Assembly (NCBI GenBank): GCA_963662285.2
Contig: CAXXMV010000008.1
Span: 96,001-160,000, forward strand
Source of the DNA: a bacterium
Lineage (GTDB): Bacteria; Hinthialibacterota; Hinthialibacteria; Hinthialibacterales; Hinthialibacteraceae
Length of the DNA stretch: 64,000 nt
Direction of reading: 5' to 3'
The stretch's first letter is position 1. Each line of letters starts with the position of its first letter. The notes under the pieces are model-generated. The model worked only from the letters and a program-made list of their open reading frames with translations, was not told the origin of the DNA and searched no databases. The position numbers and the translations under genes were made by a program. Below, piece by piece: positions 60,813 through 64,000 of the stretch.

Positions 60813-62774
60813 ATGGGAAAGGTTATAGGAATCGACCTGGGCACTACTAACTCAGTCGTTGCTGTTATTGAAGGCGGCGAGCCTGTTGTTATTACAAACG
60901 CGGAAGGCGGTCGGACAACTCCTTCAGTTGTGGCATTCACCGACAATAATGAACGACTGGTAGGACAGGTCGCTAAACGCCAGGCTATCACAAATCCAAA
61001 CCGGACAGTATTTTCCGCCAAACGTTTTATTGGATTAGGCAAAGATGAAGTAAAAAAAGAAATTGAACGGGTACCATATTCCATAGGTACTGTTGACGGT
61101 CACGCCGTATTCGAAATCGATGGTAAAACCTATAAACCTGAAGAAATTTCCGCACGCGTTCTTCAAAAAATGAAGCAAACCGCTGAAGATTATCTCGGTC
61201 AAGAAGTGACTCAGGCTGTTATAACGGTTCCAGCCTATTTCAACGACAGTCAGCGGCAGTCCACTAAAGACGCCGGGCGCATCGCCGGTTTGGAAGTCTT
61301 ACGCATCATCAATGAGCCGACGGCTGCTGCTCTGGCTTATGGCCTTGATCGAAAAAAAGATGAAAAAATCGCCGTATTCGACTTTGGCGGTGGAACTTTC
61401 GACATCTCGATCCTCGAGCTGGGTGAAGGCGTATTCGAAGTTAAATCAACCAATGGCGACACTCATCTGGGCGGCGACGATATTGATCAGATTATTATTG
61501 ACTATATCGCTGATGAATTCAAAAAAGATAACGGCATTGATATCCGTAGTGATTCCATGGCTTTGCAACGCCTGAAGGATGCTGCCGAAAAAGCCAAATG
61601 CGAACTCTCCAGCGCTATGGAGACATCTATCGACATTCCGTTTATTACAGCGGACGCATCCGGCCCGAAACACTTGCAGGTCAAAATCACCCGTGCGAAA
61701 TTCGAGCAGATCGCCCGACCAATCATCGACCGCACTATCGCTCCCTGCAAAAAAGCCATTGTCGATGCCGGTTTATCCGCCAATGATATTGACGAAGTAA
61801 TCCTGGTCGGCGGCTCAACCCGCATCCCTTATGTCCAGAAGATCGTCAAAGACATATTTGGCAAAGAACCTCATAAGGGCGTTAATCCTGATGAAGTAGT
61901 CGCCATCGGCGCTGCAATCCAGGCTGGCGTACTCAGTAAGGAAGTCAAAGACGTCCTTCTGCTGGACGTTACGCCTCTCTCATTGGGAATCGAAACCCTG
62001 GGTGACGTATTTACCAGATTGATTGATCGCAACACCACTATTCCTACTCAGAAAAGCCAGATTTTCTCGACGGCGGCCAACAACCAACCAGCCGTCTCCA
62101 TCCATGTCCTGCAAGGCGAACGTGAAATCGCTTCACATAACCGTACTATAGGTCGATTCGATATGATCGGCATTCCTCCGGCGCCGCGCGGCATCCCTCA
62201 AATTGAAGTTAAATTCGATATCGACGCCAATGGCATTCTGCATGTTCATGCTAAAGACCTCGGTACAGGCAAAGAACAGAAAATCCGCATTGAGTCTTCC
62301 AGCGGTCTCTCCGAAGAAGAGATCAACCGTATGGTTGATGATGCAGAGCAACATGCCGAAGAAGATAAACAGAAAAAAGAAGAAGCCATGGCGCGCAATG
62401 ACGCTGATCAGCTGGTCTACGCAACTGAAAAATCGCTTGAAGACTATGGAGATAAAATCTCTGCTGAAGAAAAAGGCGCAATCGAAAACGCCGTCCAGGA
62501 ATTAAAAACCGCTATGGAAGGTTCTGATATTGAAGATATCAAAGCCAAGAAAGAATCGCTTGAAAAAGTAAGCCGGAAGTTAGGAGAAGCCATCTACGAA
62601 GAACTATCCAAACAACAGGCTGAAGCAGGCGCCGCCGGAGCAGGCGAAACTGGCGAAACCGGTAGTGCATCCGAAACAGACGATGAAGAAGCGCCGCAAG
62701 ATTCTGAAGAGAAAAAAGATAAGAAAGACAAAGATAACGTGGTTGACGCCGAATTCACGGTTGATAACGACTAA
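60813..62774 (+). CDS. dnaK: Chaperone DnaK
   Basis: [34 protein letters not shown] and [11 protein letters not shown] motifs. Confidence 0.98.
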   Translation: MGKVIGIDLGTTNSVVAVIEGGEPVVITNAEGGRTTPSVVAFTDNNERLVGQVAKRQAITNPNRTVFSAKRFIGLGKDEVKKEIERVPYSIGTVDGHAVFEIDGKTYKPEEISARVLQKMKQTAEDYLGQEVTQAVITVPAYFNDSQRQSTKDAGRIAGLEVLRIINEPTAAALAYGLDRKKDEKIAVFDFGGGTFDISILELGEGVFEVKSTNGDTHLGGDDIDQIIIDYIADEFKKDNGIDIRSDSMALQRLKDAAEKAKCELSSAMETSIDIPFITADASGPKHLQVKITRAKFEQIARPIIDRTIAPCKKAIVDAGLSANDIDEVILVGGSTRIPYVQKIVKDIFGKEPHKGVNPDEVVAIGAAIQAGVLSKEVKDVLLLDVTPLSLGIETLGDVFTRLIDRNTTIPTQKSQIFSTAANNQPAVSIHVLQGEREIASHNRTIGRFDMIGIPPAPRGIPQIEVKFDIDANGILHVHAKDLGTGKEQKIRIESSSGLSEEEINRMVDDAEQHAEEDKQKKEEAMARNDADQLVYATEKSLEDYGDKISAEEKGAIENAVQELKTAMEGSDIEDIKAKKESLEKVSRKLGEAIYEELSKQQAEAGAAGAGETGETGSASETDDEEAPQDSEEKKDKKDKDNVVDAEFTVDND

Positions 62775-62791
62775 CTAAACAGCATATCTTC

Positions 62792-62824
62792 GCCGGGGGC
62801 TTTCAATTCAAGCCTCCGGCTTTT
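62792..62824 (+). terminator. Intrinsic terminator after dnaK
   Basis: GCCGGGGGCTT...AAGCCTCCGGC followed by TTTT. Confidence 0.8.
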
Positions 62825-62866
62825 ATGATTGAAGTAACGAGGAAAAACTTAGGAGGTCGTTGTTTC

Positions 62867-63205
62867 ATGCCTACTTATGATTATGTTTGTGACAAATGCG
62901 GTCACGAATTTGAATATTTTCAATCGATGAGTGATGATCTACTGACAGATTGCCCGGAATGCAAAGCCAAGGGCAAAGTCCGCCGTTTAATAGGCTGCGG
63001 CGCAGGTATCATCTTTAAAGGCTCTGGATTCTACGAGACAGACTATAAACGCAAATCATCTTCTGGAAGTTCTAGTGAGAGCAGCAACGCCTCAACCTCA
63101 TCAAACAAATCCAAAGATGACAATAAATCTCGTGATAAGAAGAAATCCAGTGATGCTAAATCGACTAAAACTGAAAAGTCGAAAACAGGCAAAGAGGCGG
63201 CTTAA
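62867..63205 (+). CDS. FmdB-family zinc-ribbon protein
   Basis: MPTYDYVCDKCGH.FE..Q...CPEC...FKGSGFY.TDY; AGGAGG RBS. Confidence 0.9.
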   Translation: MPTYDYVCDKCGHEFEYFQSMSDDLLTDCPECKAKGKVRRLIGCGAGIIFKGSGFYETDYKRKSSSGSSSESSNASTSSNKSKDDNKSRDKKKSSDAKSTKTEKSKTGKEAA

Positions 63206-63329
63206 AACGCCTGAGAGATTGTTAGTCGAAATTATATTCATAACTTAAGCGCCTTGGTCTTTAAAACAAAACCAGTTACGGGTACTTTTATGAAACGGTT
63301 GCAAAATCAAATTTTGGCGAACCACTCTA

Positions 63330-63734
63330 ATGGTTTTCAAGGAAATCATCACCATCCATCGCTTAAAACGCATTGCGCTCATCTGCGCAGTGATAATTAT
63401 ATTTGTAGCGCTAGCCCTGACTACGCGATTAACGATCTTATCAGCCAGGCACTTACAACAAGCGGAACTGGCCAGTCAATCTGGCCGGTTGGATGAGGCA
63501 ATAGAATTTTATACATGGTCGATACGTAATTACTTTCCAGGTAATACGTATACAAGACGCTCGGTTCGGGGAGCAATACAGGTCATAGATCAATACGATG
63601 AAAATAGCCAAATCGACAGGAAGAAAAATGCACTTCTCCATCTTCAGGCCGCTTTGTCGTCCATCCGTTCCTTTTATCAGCCCTATAGAGACCAATTGGT
63701 TATCATCCAACAACAGATTGATAACTTGCCTTAA
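63330..63734 (+). CDS. Hypothetical membrane-anchored helical protein
   Basis: 134 aa ORF with one TM followed by TPR-like helices. Confidence 0.6.
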   Translation: MVFKEIITIHRLKRIALICAVIIIFVALALTTRLTILSARHLQQAELASQSGRLDEAIEFYTWSIRNYFPGNTYTRRSVRGAIQVIDQYDENSQIDRKKNALLHLQAALSSIRSFYQPYRDQLVIIQQQIDNLP

Positions 63735-64000
63735 ACATACTCTGTGGCATCCAATTCTCATCAATATTGCATTCATTACTCTATTAACCATAAGCCTATA
63801 CGTAACAGCCCTTGCTGAAGAAAATCAGACTATTGCGCCTGATAAGGAAATTGATTTTGAGATCACCATTAAGACTGATGGACCAATACCAGCCCAAACC
63901 ATCATTAATAAGGTTTTCGAGTGGAAAATTATTGTACGATGGTATGGCGCCAATGATTCCATCAATCCTCGAATTCATAAATTGCCCTCTTTTGATAACT

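Noticed and set aside
816-62505. Numerous 60-160 aa ORFs nested in or antisense to long genes
   Set aside because: They overlap well-supported CDSs in other frames and have no independent motifs.
63796-64000. Minus-strand ORF at the window end
   Set aside because: Short, possibly truncated and with no recognisable motif; cannot be supported.

Overview
Bacterial chromosomal window of moderate GC (roughly 40-45% by eye). The gene content suggests a polysaccharide-degrading, probably uncultured Gram-negative lineage, but taxonomy cannot be fixed from sequence alone. It contains: (i) scattered glycan/sulfate genes (GxGYxYP protein, GH29 and GH95 fucosidases, sulfatase, FGE-fold protein, heparinase II/III-like, GH5-like with CBM, Rrf2-cysC-PHP); (ii) housekeeping and proteostasis genes (yhaM-like, DUF4175, hsp20-lon-htrA, tRNA-Glu, lipA, htrA-grpE-dnaK-fmdB); (iii) mobile DNA: a complete IS5-family element with TIRs and a target duplication, and a REP-associated tyrosine transposase (RAYT) flanked by its own palindromes. 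The strongest unexplained structure is that REP family. It has 11 intergenic loci, a GGGYG tail, a constant CAAGGG..CCCTTG stem with a compensatory base-pair change, two interchangeable inner cassettes, inverted doublets and one collapsed doublet. Two further palindrome families are present. Other notable items: a shared C-terminal decapeptide P-[LV]-x-[VI]-x-[ND]-W-x-[IV]-Y on unrelated secreted proteins (candidate sorting signal), a very AT-rich single-gene islet, an internally duplicated unknown protein and a pseudogene. All calls come from motif recognition by eye; no searches were run.
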